A model generated the notes under the pieces. It searched no databases. It worked only from the letters and a program-made list of their open reading frames with translations, and was not told the origin of the DNA. Source: Acetivibrionales bacterium (GTDB lineage: Bacteria; Bacillota; Clostridia; DSM-8532). Taken from it: 64,000 bases of DNA. This document shows, piece by piece, positions 40,636 to 49,926 of this stretch. Location: positions 28,275-92,274 of the forward strand of contig JBMNTI010000001.1 of assembly GCA_050945655.1 (NCBI GenBank). The letters are read 5' to 3'. The translations under genes and the position numbers were made by a program. Within the stretch, counting starts at the first letter, position 1. Each line of letters begins with the position of its first letter.

Positions 40636-42091
40636 TATCCGTCTGGATTTCAAGCCTTCCCATTTCTTTTTCAATGTGCCTGCCCACTTTAAGAAGGAGC
40701 TTTTCACTAAAGGGTTTGCCTATTAGCTGTATTCCCACCGGCAACCCATTGCTGTCTTTGCCGCAGGGTACCGAGAGGGCAGGGATTCCGGCCAGGTTTA
40801 CTCCGACTGTATAAATGTCACTCAGATACATCGTCAGGGGATTTTTTGTTTTTTCTCCTAATTTGAAGGCTGTTGTGGGATATGTCGGTGCGGCTATAAC
40901 ATCGTATTCTCCAAATATTTCATTAAACTCCCGGGCAATCAAAGTCCGAACTTTCAACGCCTTTCCGTAAAGATCGTCCTGATATCCCGAACTCAAAGCA
41001 TAGGTGCCCAAAAGGATACGTCTTTTTACCTCCCGGCCAAAACCCTCTGCCCTTGAAAGCCGATACAGTTCCGATACATCCTCTGCTTTTTCGTTCCGAC
41101 ATCCATACCGTATCCCGTCATACCTTGCCAGATTGGAACCGGCTTCTGAAGAAGAAATAAGGTAATAAGCAGGAATCGCGTTCCTTATTGACGGAAGTGA
41201 ACAATCGTGCAAAACGGCTCCGTCTGATTCCAGACGTTTTAATGTGTCGCTTATACAAGCAACGATATCTTCACTCAATCCAGAATCAAAAAATTCATCG
41301 GGCAAAGCAATTTTCAGTCCGTCAACCCTGCTTTCCAAACCTTCCAGATAATCTTCCGAAGATCTTTTTACCGATGTGGAATCCAAAGGATCGTGTCCGG
41401 TTATTATGTTCATAATAAGGGCACAGTCTGTTATGTCCTTAGATATGGGGCCAATTTGCTCCAACGATGAGGCGAAGGCAACTAAGCCAAACCTGGAGAC
41501 TAACCCATAGGTAGGTTTAAGGCCTACAACACCACAAAAGGAGGCCGGCTGCCTTATGGATCCGCCGGTATCGGAGCCCAGAGCGAATGCGGCAAGATTC
41601 GCGGCAACTGCAGCCGCAGAGCCTCCGCTTGAGCCCCCGGCCACATGCCCGGTATTCCATGGATTATGAACAGGTCCAAAAGCAGTGTATTCTGAAGAGC
41701 TCCCCATTGCGAACTCATCCATGTTCAGCTTGCCCAAAAGCACTGCCCCGTTCTCCCGGAGCTTCTTATATACCGATGCCGAATAAGGAGGAACATAATT
41801 TTCAAGCATTTTTGAAGCGCAGGTCGTCCTGATATCTTTTGTGCAGATATTGTCCTTTATCCCCATGGGAATACCGCACAGATATGAAATATCCTCCTTT
41901 TTATTCAGAAGCTTCTGTGCTTCTTCGGCAGTTTTAACAGCCTCATTTCCACAGATAGTCACATAAGCGTTAATATCGGGATTTTTCGCTTTGATTTTAT
42001 TCAGATATTCATAGACCAGCTCTACAGCCCCAATTTTCCTGGTTCTCAGCAATTGGGCTGTTTCCATTATTGTTTTCGTACATACATTCAT
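40622..42091 (-). CDS. gatA: Asp/Glu-tRNA(Asn/Gln) amidotransferase subunit A
   Basis: Amidase signature GGSSGGSAAAVA and the Ser-cisSer-Lys family. Confidence 0.96.
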   Translation of the reverse strand: MNVCTKTIMETAQLLRTRKIGAVELVYEYLNKIKAKNPDINAYVTICGNEAVKTAEEAQKLLNKKEDISYLCGIPMGIKDNICTKDIRTTCASKMLENYVPPYSASVYKKLRENGAVLLGKLNMDEFAMGSSSEYTAFGPVHNPWNTGHVAGGSSGGSAAAVAANLAAFALGSDTGGSIRQPASFCGVVGLKPTYGLVSRFGLVAFASSLEQIGPISKDITDCALIMNIITGHDPLDSTSVKRSSEDYLEGLESRVDGLKIALPDEFFDSGLSEDIVACISDTLKRLESDGAVLHDCSLPSIRNAIPAYYLISSSEAGSNLARYDGIRYGCRNEKAEDVSELYRLSRAEGFGREVKRRILLGTYALSSGYQDDLYGKALKVRTLIAREFNEIFGEYDVIAAPTYPTTAFKLGEKTKNPLTMYLSDIYTVGVNLAGIPALSVPCGKDSNGLPVGIQLIGKPFSEKLLLKVGRHIEKEMGRLEIQTDKEDI

Positions 42092-42378
42092 GACAGCTCT
42101 ACCACCGCAGGTACTTTATAATAGCCGTTTTCAGAAACGGCTGCCTTACTGATAAGCTCACTTCTAATATTTCTGTTATTCGCATTATCTTCCCTGAATA
42201 CATTGCTTATGTGCAGAATATGTTCCATCGCCTTAGCATCATTCGTATCGAGGTTTTTTATCTCCCCCATATATTTAATGACTGCATCCAGTTCGGCAGC
42301 ATAATCTTCAAGCTCATTTTCATCAATGTGGATAGCCGCAAGATCGGCAATCTTTCTGACAGTATCTATATCGACCAT
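42088..42378 (-). CDS. gatC: Asp/Glu-tRNA(Asn/Gln) amidotransferase subunit C
   Basis: 96 aa (VRKIADLAAIHIDENELE...). Overlaps the gatA start by 4 nt. Confidence 0.92.
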   Translation of the reverse strand: MVDIDTVRKIADLAAIHIDENELEDYAAELDAVIKYMGEIKNLDTNDAKAMEHILHISNVFREDNANNRNIRSELISKAAVSENGYYKVPAVVELS

Positions 42379-42410
42379 GTAAAATCCTCCTTTATTCAGG
42401 CTTTATCCGC

Positions 42411-42623
42411 CAGACTATGCAAACTGTTTTAATTTGCAGGTTATAATATTTGATTATGCAACCGTTAATAAGCGGCGTGCTTGCTGCGATTTAAAGCGAA
42501 GCATAGATTGCGTAGCGAGCGCGACTGGAAACAGGATGTTGGAGATGGAGCGCTAAATCGCAGCAATCAACAGCCGCTAAGCTTGCATAGATTTGATACT
42601 ATTGATAATTTTCACACAATCTG
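42411..42623 (+). mobile_element. Family-A MITE-like element, short form, full length
   Basis: Degenerate terminal inverted repeats, CAGACTATGCAAACTG ... ATTTTCACACAATCTG. The conserved core is AATAAGCGGCGTG(G/C)TTGCTGCGATTTAAAGCGAAGCAT(G/A)GATTGCGTAGCGAGCGCGACTGGAAACAGGATGTTGGAGATGGAGCGCTAAATCGCAG. Confidence 0.85.
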
Positions 42624-42635
42624 TTGCCTGATTGC

Positions 42636-43643
42636 TCATACTGTTTCGACCCGGTTTCTTCCTGCGTTTTTGGCAATGTAAAGGGCTGTATCGGCTCTTT
42701 TTAGTATATCATCAATCATATCGCCTTCCTGGTATGAAGTTACCCCAAAACTAATTGTTACTTTCCCAATATCCCCGAATTCATGTTTTTCTACGGTTTT
42801 ACGGGCTCTTTCGGCAGTTAAGACAGCTTCCTTTATATTTTCATCCGGGAGCAGGATAGTAAACTCCTCCCCGCCTATTCTGGAAAGCACATCGGATTTC
42901 CGCAATACTCTCCGTACGATATTGTTAAGTGTTATAAGTACTTCGTCTCCGGTACTGTGCCCGTATGTATCGTTAATATTTTTGAAATGATCTATATCGA
43001 ACATAACAAGGCTGAATGCAGTATTCTTTCGTTCTGCTCTTAGAATCTCCCTTTTCAGGAATTCAATAAAGTATCTCCGGTTATGAGCCCTGGTTAAGTG
43101 GTCATAAACCGCAAAAGATTCTAAATTATCATATACATATTTTTTAATTATAAAAATGAGTACCAGAGCAAAAACAAGTCCCAACACTAAAAAAACAATT
43201 GGGAGTATAAGATAGTCAATCTTGTTTTCCGCAATATATTGGGTTTCAAGAATCGCCTTGTCTGCCATTTCCCAGCATTCTTCGCTGGCTTCTATCAAAA
43301 GCTTCCGGTTGTTTTCACCGGGGTTGCTCCTGTACTTTGAAGAAGCTTCTTTTACTTCTTCCCACTTTTCCCTGGTTTCATTGAGAAATGGTGTGTTTAG
43401 ATTTTTATAGATTTCAAAAAGATTTTCTATTTTATCAGATATATGCTCATTCTCACCACTAACAAGCTCCAGCTTTGTATATCTCTGAACTGAGCCTCTT
43501 ATGGTCCCCAGATTGTTTATTATTTCGGCATCCCCTGCTACCATACCTTTATATCTTTGAAACAGGAAAATATTTGTGCCATTAAACAATATCAATATAA
43601 TAATTATTACAAAGATAAACCCGGATCGTCGTTTCATATCCAC
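42636..43643 (-). CDS. Diguanylate cyclase (GGDEF domain) with two TM segments flanking a helical sensor region
   Basis: RIGGEEF active site, an RxxD-type region, and TM-helical sensor-TM N-terminal to the GGDEF domain. Confidence 0.88.
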   Translation of the reverse strand: MDMKRRSGFIFVIIIILILFNGTNIFLFQRYKGMVAGDAEIINNLGTIRGSVQRYTKLELVSGENEHISDKIENLFEIYKNLNTPFLNETREKWEEVKEASSKYRSNPGENNRKLLIEASEECWEMADKAILETQYIAENKIDYLILPIVFLVLGLVFALVLIFIIKKYVYDNLESFAVYDHLTRAHNRRYFIEFLKREILRAERKNTAFSLVMFDIDHFKNINDTYGHSTGDEVLITLNNIVRRVLRKSDVLSRIGGEEFTILLPDENIKEAVLTAERARKTVEKHEFGDIGKVTISFGVTSYQEGDMIDDILKRADTALYIAKNAGRNRVETV

Positions 43644-43708
43644 CTCAATATTGCAAAATATATCATATACTCTTTATACCACAAATAGCTGTCTATACAA
43701 GGGGACGG

Positions 43709-43954
43709 CAGGCTGTGCGAAAACTATTTTAATATGTAGGTTATAATAATTGATTATGAAATCATAAATAAGCGGCGTGGTTGCTGCGATTTAAAGCGAA
43801 GCATGGATTGCGTAGCGAGCGCGACTGGAAACAGGATGTTGGAACGGAGTGCTAAATCGCAGAAGATCCTTCGCTGACGCTCAGGATGACAAATGTCAGA
43901 TACAGCCGCTAAACTTTCATAGATTTAATCGATGGATGGTTTTCGCACAGCCTG
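43709..43954 (+). mobile_element. Family-A MITE-like element, long form (with 40-nt cassette), full length
   Basis: TIRs CAGGCTGTGCGAAAAC ... GTTTTCGCACAGCCTG (perfect 16/16). Cassette AAGATCCTTCGCTGACGCTCAGGATGACAAATGTCAGATA at 43863..43902. Confidence 0.9.
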
Positions 43955-44070
43955 AAGGTTCAGATGTCTTAACAGCTTATCTTGTCGAGAACCTTGCACC
44001 TATAAACTCTCACATCTCACTCGTATCTAACCCGTGCGGCACGCATGATATCGGCTAAAGGTTCCATAAA
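43955..44070. repeat. Fragments of modules B, tandem unit and C adjoining the 43709 MITE
   Basis: CAGCTTATCTTGTCGAGAACCTTGCACC (B), CTCACATCTCACT (tandem unit) and GTGCGGCACGCATGATATCGGCTAAAGGTTCCAT (C 3' end). Confidence 0.75.
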
Positions 44071-44074
44071 TTAA

Positions 44075-45055
44075 TCAATTTCTCTGTTTTGATATTTCGA
44101 ACATAATCAGTGCTGCCGCGACTCCTGCATTAAGTGATGAAGTTTTACCCTTCATAGGTATTCTCACTATCATATCACATTCGTCTTTTACCAGCCGGCC
44201 TAAACCTTCTCCCTCACTTCCGATAACAAGGGCAATTGGCCCTGTAAGGTCGGCATCGTAGTAATTTGATTCCCCATCCATATCGGCGGCAATAATCCAT
44301 AAGCCTTCAGCCTTTAGATTTCTTAATGTCTGGACAAGGTTTGTAACCCGGGCTACCGGAACATATTCCAAAGCCCCTTCGGCTACTTTTGCCACCGTGG
44401 CATTCAAAGTTGCCGAACGCCGCTTAGGCAGAATTATGCCATGGACTCCCGCACATTCGGCACTTCTGATTATTGAACCCAAATTGTTGGTATCGGTAAT
44501 ACCGTCAAGAACAAGCACGAATGGCCTTTCTCCCTTTTCACCTGCTATCTTTAGAATATCATCGACTTCTGCGTAATTCTTTGCGGCGACCTCAAGAATT
44601 ACTCCCTGATGAATTCTGGTTCGGGATATGGAGTTGAGCTTATTTTTTTCAAAATATTGGATTGGAATATCTCTTTCTCTGGCAATTGCTATGATTCTTA
44701 AAATAAACGTGTCCGTACTGTCCTTCTCGACAAATAGTTTATTAACGGGACGGCCTGAACGCAATGCTTCAAAAACAGAGTTTCTGCCTTCTATTCTGTC
44801 TTCTCTTTCAAAGTTATCTTTTGTGTCGGATAGGTCAAAACTTCTTTTTATTTCTATTTCCTCTCTTTTACTCCGGAATTCATCCCTTTTATTTGCAGAC
44901 GAACGTTGGGTTCCTTTTACACCCGAACTCTTTCCGGCGTTTTTTTTTCCTGATCCATATTTGCCGGTGCTCCGCTCGGCGCTCTTTCTTTGTCCTCCCT
45001 TGCCGCCTTCCTTAGTCCTTAATACTTTTTTTGATCCTGATTCACTCTTTCTCAT
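44075..45055 (-). CDS. rlmB: 23S rRNA (guanosine-2'-O)-methyltransferase RlmB (SpoU/TrmH family) with a ~90-aa basic low-complexity N-terminal extension
   Basis: SpoU_sub_bind plus a SPOUT core (NLGSIIRSA...LVIGSEGEGL...IPM.G...SLNAGVAAA). Follows mrnC, as in Bacillus. Confidence 0.9.
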   Translation of the reverse strand: MRKSESGSKKVLRTKEGGKGGQRKSAERSTGKYGSGKKNAGKSSGVKGTQRSSANKRDEFRSKREEIEIKRSFDLSDTKDNFEREDRIEGRNSVFEALRSGRPVNKLFVEKDSTDTFILRIIAIARERDIPIQYFEKNKLNSISRTRIHQGVILEVAAKNYAEVDDILKIAGEKGERPFVLVLDGITDTNNLGSIIRSAECAGVHGIILPKRRSATLNATVAKVAEGALEYVPVARVTNLVQTLRNLKAEGLWIIAADMDGESNYYDADLTGPIALVIGSEGEGLGRLVKDECDMIVRIPMKGKTSSLNAGVAAALIMFEISKQRN

Positions 45056-45467
45056 TCTTTATCTCCATTCCGGGAGCCTCAATAATATTGGCCGCCTGCT
45101 CCATCAAGTAATACAGTCTATCTCTCTGGCGCGTTAAATACAGGTAACCTAATAACGCCTCTAATGCCGTAGCATATTTGTAGTCCTGAACATCGGCATT
45201 CTTAGGTATAGTTGTAGATTTTGTGTTTCTACCCCGCCTGAAAATATATGCTTCTTCCTCTGTAAACTCATTCATTAAAGCCTTTGATATTTTTGCCTGA
45301 GAAGAAGCTTTAACATATTCGGTAGATAAAATATGCAATTTGTGAGAAGTACCTTTATTTTTCATTATTAATCTTTCCCTGATGAAAAGATTAAATACCG
45401 CATCGCCAATAAAAGCAAGAACCGCAGGCTGCATAAGCCTTGCTTCATCCGGCATTTCTAAATACAA
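45042..45467 (-). CDS. mrnC: Mini-ribonuclease 3
   Basis: LAFIGDAV...RRGRN...YKYATALEALLGYLYL RNase III-like motifs; 141 aa. Confidence 0.9.
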   Translation of the reverse strand: MYLEMPDEARLMQPAVLAFIGDAVFNLFIRERLIMKNKGTSHKLHILSTEYVKASSQAKISKALMNEFTEEEAYIFRRGRNTKSTTIPKNADVQDYKYATALEALLGYLYLTRQRDRLYYLMEQAANIIEAPGMEIKNEKE

Positions 45468-45596
45468 ACAGATCGCCTCCGGATTTCTTCATTATATTGA
45501 AATCAATTATACCCAATTATACCCTATAGAATTAAAGGGTGTAAACGGATTATTCCTAAACATAAGGCCAATAGACACAGTGAAAAATTAATATGG

Positions 45597-45983
45597 TTAC
45601 AGAAGCTCCCAAAGAGACGGTATTTGAATGAAAGGCAAATAGTCTCTCCAGCCCAGCAATAATGAAAATATGAGATGAAGCAACGGAACTGCCACAATAC
45701 CGAAAGCGAAATATTTCAGAGTTTGCTCACTTTTCATCTTCAATGAAAGGGGAGGTAAGAATATGGTTAAAAGAATGAGCAGTGTATACTGCAGAATTAC
45801 GGGAAGCTTTAATATCCCGTTGTAACGGCTGATAATAAAGCTCCCGTACACAGTTAACATGCCGATTATATTGATCAGGAAGGATTTAGACTTAAACTGG
45901 CTTCCCATAGCAAATCTAACAACGCATAAAAATGCCATATATGTAACGCCCGCCATTATAAGAAACCGAAATGCCTGATCCAT
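45597..45983 (-). CDS. Hypothetical 4-TM membrane protein
   Basis: 128 aa, entirely hydrophobic helices, positioned just after leuS. No family recognised. Confidence 0.5.
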   Translation of the reverse strand: MDQAFRFLIMAGVTYMAFLCVVRFAMGSQFKSKSFLINIIGMLTVYGSFIISRYNGILKLPVILQYTLLILLTIFLPPLSLKMKSEQTLKYFAFGIVAVPLLHLIFSLLLGWRDYLPFIQIPSLWELL

Positions 45984-45997
45984 TATCCTTCACTCCT

Positions 45998-48442
45998 CTA
46001 TTTTACGACAATATTGACCAGACAGCCCTTGACAACGATTACTTTTATAATATGTTTCCCTTCCAGATATTGTGCCGAACGGGGATCATTCTTGGCAATT
46101 TCTTCGATTTCTTTACTGTCGGAATTGGCAGGCACATTTATTCTAAATTTAATTTGTCCGTTAAACTGAACTGCAAGCTCCACCTCATCTCTCTCAAGAG
46201 CTTTTTCGTCGTATTCAGGCCAACATTGGTTAAAGATTGACTCTTTTTCTCCGATTTTCTGCCACATCTCTTCGGCAAAATGAGGCGCAAATGGAGATAG
46301 CAGTTTCAATAGATCCTTTAGTGTTTCCTCAATCAAAGATCTATTCTTAACGGTAAGTAAATCGTATTTATAAATTGCGTTAACCAACTCCATGAGCCTT
46401 GCTATTGCCGTATTGAACTGGAACTGATCGGTATCCTGGGTAACACTTTTTATAGTGTTATGCCGAACAAAATTAAGCTCTTTCTCATCGGCTCCCATAG
46501 TGTTTGTCGATGATTGTCCTCTTTCTGAAATCTGCTTTTCAATAATTCTATCAATACGGCCGATAAAGCGATCTATTGCTTTGATTCCGTCATCGCTCCA
46601 TGGTCCTCCCTCTATATAGGCAAAGCCAAATGCCAGGTACATCCTGAAAACATCCGAACCGTATTTCCCGATATACTCGTCGGGAGTTACCGTGTTACCT
46701 CTGGACTTGGACATTTTTTGCCCGTCTGCTCCCAGAATAGTGCCTTGATGTATTAATGAAAGGAATGGTTCATCAAAATTCAGATATCCCATATCCCTTA
46801 ACGCCTTTGTTACAAATCGTGCGTAAAGTAGATGCATAGCCGCATGCTCCGCACCACCGACATATTTGTCAACAGGAAGTATTTTATTTATCCATTCCGG
46901 GTCAAACGCCTGTTTATCGTTCTTATTATCCGGATATCTTAAATAATACCAGCTTGAGCAGACAAAGGTGTCCAACGTATCCGAATCCCTCCTGGCATGG
47001 CCGCCGCAGGCGGGACAAGCTGTATTTATAAACTCCTCGCACTTGGCAAGAGGAGACTCTCCGTCGGGAGTAAATACCACGTTGTACGGAAGCTCTACCG
47101 GCAGTTGGTCTTCGGGAACCGGAACAATACCGCATTTATCGCAATGAATGATTGGAATGGGCGCACCCCAATAGCGTTGCCTTGAAACAAGCCAGTCCCT
47201 GATGCGATAGGTAACCTTCAGCTCCCCCTTATTCTCTTTTGCGAGCTTATTAACAATGGCCAACCGGCCTTCCTCCGACGAAAATCCGTCGAACTCGTCG
47301 CTTCCGGTTAAAATGCCATCCTCTGTAAAAGGAAGGTTGTCATCAATACCTTCTTTTCCCTTAATAACGCGAACTATATCAAGTCCGTATTTCGTGGCAA
47401 ATTCATAATCCCGCTCGTCGTGGGCAGGCACAGCCATAACGCAGCCTGTACCGTAACCTGCAAGAACATAATCGGCTACCCATATCTGAACTCTTTTGCC
47501 GGTAAGGGGATGAATAGCATACGCTCCGGTAAACACACCGGTTTTTTCCCGGGTCGTTGAAAGCCTATCTATTTCCGAAATCTTATTAACCTGTTTGCGA
47601 TATTCATCTACGGCATTTTTATACCCGGGAGTTGTTATTATATCCACTAGCTCATGCTCAGGAGCCAGAACCACATAAGTAACACCATAAAGCGTATCGG
47701 CACGAGTTGTAAACACGTCGAAAGCCATATCGTCCCTGCCCTCGACTTTAAACCTTATTTGCGCGCCTTCGGAGCGACCTATCCAGTTAACCTGTATTTT
47801 CTTTGTTTTTTCCGGCCAATCCAGGTCGGGCAAACAATCCAAAAGTTCTTGGGCATATTCGGTGATTTTAAAGAACCATTGGGTAAGATTCTTTTTGGTT
47901 ACTTCACTGTTACAACGCTCACAGGCTCCATCCACAACTTGTTCGTTGGCTAGAACAGTCTTACAGCTTGGGCACCAATTAACCGGAGCATTTTTTCTGT
48001 ATGCCAAACCCTTTTTATACAGCTGCAGGAAAAGCCACTGGGTCCATTTGTAATATCCGGGAGCACAGGTCACCACTTCATAATCCCAATCGAAGGTAGC
48101 ACCCATTTCTTTTAGCTGCCGTTTCATAGTTTCGATATTTTGCATAGTCGAGTCCTTTGGATGAATACCGGTCTTAATTGCATAGTTTTCGGCAGGAAGC
48201 CCGAAAGCATCAAACCCCTGAGGGTGAAATACATTATAACCCTGCATCCTCTTCATTCTTGCCCAGGAATCGGTAAGCCCGAAATTATACCAATGGCCTA
48301 CATGAAGCTTTGCGCCTGACGGATAAGAAAACATTTCAAGACAATATAGCTTTTTATCAAGCTTATTGCGGCCAAATCTATATAATTCGTTTTCTTCCCA
48401 TATCTTCTGCCATTTAATATCGATTTCCCTTGAATAACTCAT
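45998..48442 (-). CDS. leuS: Leucine--tRNA ligase
   Basis: HVGH (HIGH) and KMSKS motifs, a CP1 editing domain, and a Zn-binding CxxC pair. Confidence 0.97.
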   Translation of the reverse strand: MSYSREIDIKWQKIWEENELYRFGRNKLDKKLYCLEMFSYPSGAKLHVGHWYNFGLTDSWARMKRMQGYNVFHPQGFDAFGLPAENYAIKTGIHPKDSTMQNIETMKRQLKEMGATFDWDYEVVTCAPGYYKWTQWLFLQLYKKGLAYRKNAPVNWCPSCKTVLANEQVVDGACERCNSEVTKKNLTQWFFKITEYAQELLDCLPDLDWPEKTKKIQVNWIGRSEGAQIRFKVEGRDDMAFDVFTTRADTLYGVTYVVLAPEHELVDIITTPGYKNAVDEYRKQVNKISEIDRLSTTREKTGVFTGAYAIHPLTGKRVQIWVADYVLAGYGTGCVMAVPAHDERDYEFATKYGLDIVRVIKGKEGIDDNLPFTEDGILTGSDEFDGFSSEEGRLAIVNKLAKENKGELKVTYRIRDWLVSRQRYWGAPIPIIHCDKCGIVPVPEDQLPVELPYNVVFTPDGESPLAKCEEFINTACPACGGHARRDSDTLDTFVCSSWYYLRYPDNKNDKQAFDPEWINKILPVDKYVGGAEHAAMHLLYARFVTKALRDMGYLNFDEPFLSLIHQGTILGADGQKMSKSRGNTVTPDEYIGKYGSDVFRMYLAFGFAYIEGGPWSDDGIKAIDRFIGRIDRIIEKQISERGQSSTNTMGADEKELNFVRHNTIKSVTQDTDQFQFNTAIARLMELVNAIYKYDLLTVKNRSLIEETLKDLLKLLSPFAPHFAEEMWQKIGEKESIFNQCWPEYDEKALERDEVELAVQFNGQIKFRINVPANSDSKEIEEIAKNDPRSAQYLEGKHIIKVIVVKGCLVNIVVK

Positions 48443-48484
48443 TTCTATAACCTCCGATAATTTGAATCCCGAATTCAGCGGCGC

Positions 48485-48832
48485 TTAGAGAGCAACAAGT
48501 CTTCCATCCTGCCAAAGTCTCTCCAGACCATAGTATTCTCTGTCTTCTTCATGGAAAATGTGAGCTACTATATCACCGTAATCCAAAAGTATCCACCTTG
48601 CATGACTATATCCTTCTATTCGTAAAGGCTTTAATCCGTTTTCCGACAGCTTTTTAACCAATTTATCGGTAACAGCTTTTACATGAGTATCAGACGTACC
48701 GGTTGCTATTACAAAATAGTGGGCTATAGTTGTCAGCTCATGGATATCGATTGCTTTAATATCCTTAGCTTTACTATCCTCCATTGCATCAATAAAAAGA
48801 TTCAGTTTTCCGTTCCCATTTTCCATAGGCAA
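48485..48832 (-). CDS. rsfS: Ribosome silencing factor RsfS
   Basis: 115 aa; ...FVIATGTSDTHVKAV...EGY....WILLDYGDIVAHIF is the RsfS/IojAP signature. TTG start with AAGGA 7 nt upstream. Confidence 0.9.
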   Translation of the reverse strand: MPMENGNGKLNLFIDAMEDSKAKDIKAIDIHELTTIAHYFVIATGTSDTHVKAVTDKLVKKLSENGLKPLRIEGYSHARWILLDYGDIVAHIFHEEDREYYGLERLWQDGRLVAL

Positions 48833-48997
48833 TTAATAATCCTTCCTTTCACACAGCGACCTATGAGAAATTTATACTACATAGTATAAATTACTCATAA
48901 GCCAATAACAAGCTTTTTAATAGCACAACCACTAAGCCGGCTCTTATATGCTTATGAAAACCTTGCAATTGCTTACTACAGCTCTTTGGCCGCCTTT

Positions 48998-49858
48998 CTA
49001 TTTTTCCCAGCGGGCATAATTGCCGCAAGGCAGTATTATTGCCGAATCTGCAACCGGCAACCCTACCTCTCCGCAAGAAACACGACCGCCGAATTTTCTC
49101 CTTAAACTAAGCTCAAGCATATTAGCCGAAACCCGGGGTGAAAAACCCGCAGTATAAGAATTCAAGAGGAAAAACAAGGGGGTTTGGCACATTACCTCCT
49201 TTAATGTATCTACAAGCGTGAATAACTCATCCTCAAGCTTCCATAGCTCACCATTGGGGCCTCTTCCATAGGAAGGCGGATCCATAATAACCGCATCGTA
49301 ATAACGGCTCCGCCTTATCTCTCTTTTGACAAATTTCATGCAGTCATCCACAATAAAACGTACCGGCTTATCCGAAAGTTTTGATAATGCAACATTTTTC
49401 TTTGCCCATGCCACCATACCCTTTGAAGCATCCACATGACATACCGATGCCCCTGCTGCGAGACAGGCACATGTGGCGCCTCCTGTGTAAGCAAACAGGT
49501 TGAGAACCGAAACCGGTCTTTTCGCATCGGTTATTTTTTTTGCCATCCAGTCCCAATTAGCAGCTTGCTCCGGGAAGAGGCCGGTATGCTTGAATCCTGT
49601 AGGCTCCACATTGAATGTCAAATTTTTATAATTTATGATCCAATTTTGTGGGATACTGATTTTATACTCCCACTGTCCGCCTCCGGATTTACTTCTGTGA
49701 TAATGGGCATGCACGTCTTCGCGTATCCCTGGTTTCGTCCAGGGCCATATGGCCTGAGGATCAGGCCTTCTTAATATGATGCCGTTCCAGCTTTCCACTT
49801 TTTCCCCGTCTCCTGCATCCAGAAGCTTATATTCAGTCCATTGATCAGCAATTATCAT
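48998..49858 (-). CDS. Class I SAM-dependent RNA methyltransferase (RlmI/PF10672-like, short form)
   Basis: VLNLFAYTGGAT...DPPSYGRG motifs typical of RlmI/YccW-type m5C methyltransferases. Confidence 0.75.
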   Translation of the reverse strand: MIIADQWTEYKLLDAGDGEKVESWNGIILRRPDPQAIWPWTKPGIREDVHAHYHRSKSGGGQWEYKISIPQNWIINYKNLTFNVEPTGFKHTGLFPEQAANWDWMAKKITDAKRPVSVLNLFAYTGGATCACLAAGASVCHVDASKGMVAWAKKNVALSKLSDKPVRFIVDDCMKFVKREIRRSRYYDAVIMDPPSYGRGPNGELWKLEDELFTLVDTLKEVMCQTPLFFLLNSYTAGFSPRVSANMLELSLRRKFGGRVSCGEVGLPVADSAIILPCGNYARWEK

Positions 49859-49926
49859 TTACTTATTCTAAACCTTTCAGTATGTATTTATAACTCTATA
49901 ACGTGAGCTTAGTATTTCAGCTTCGA

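Noticed and set aside
48443-48484. Expected T-box leader upstream of leuS.
   Set aside because: Only 42 nt separate rsfS and leuS, and no specifier or T-box sequence is visible there or upstream of rsfS.
48891-49076. 61-aa minus-strand ORF between rsfS and the methyltransferase gene; similarly 16614..16799 and 62969..63151.
   Set aside because: These are short, overlap neighbouring gene ends or intergenic promoter regions, and have Arg/Cys-rich or otherwise atypical composition with no RBS.
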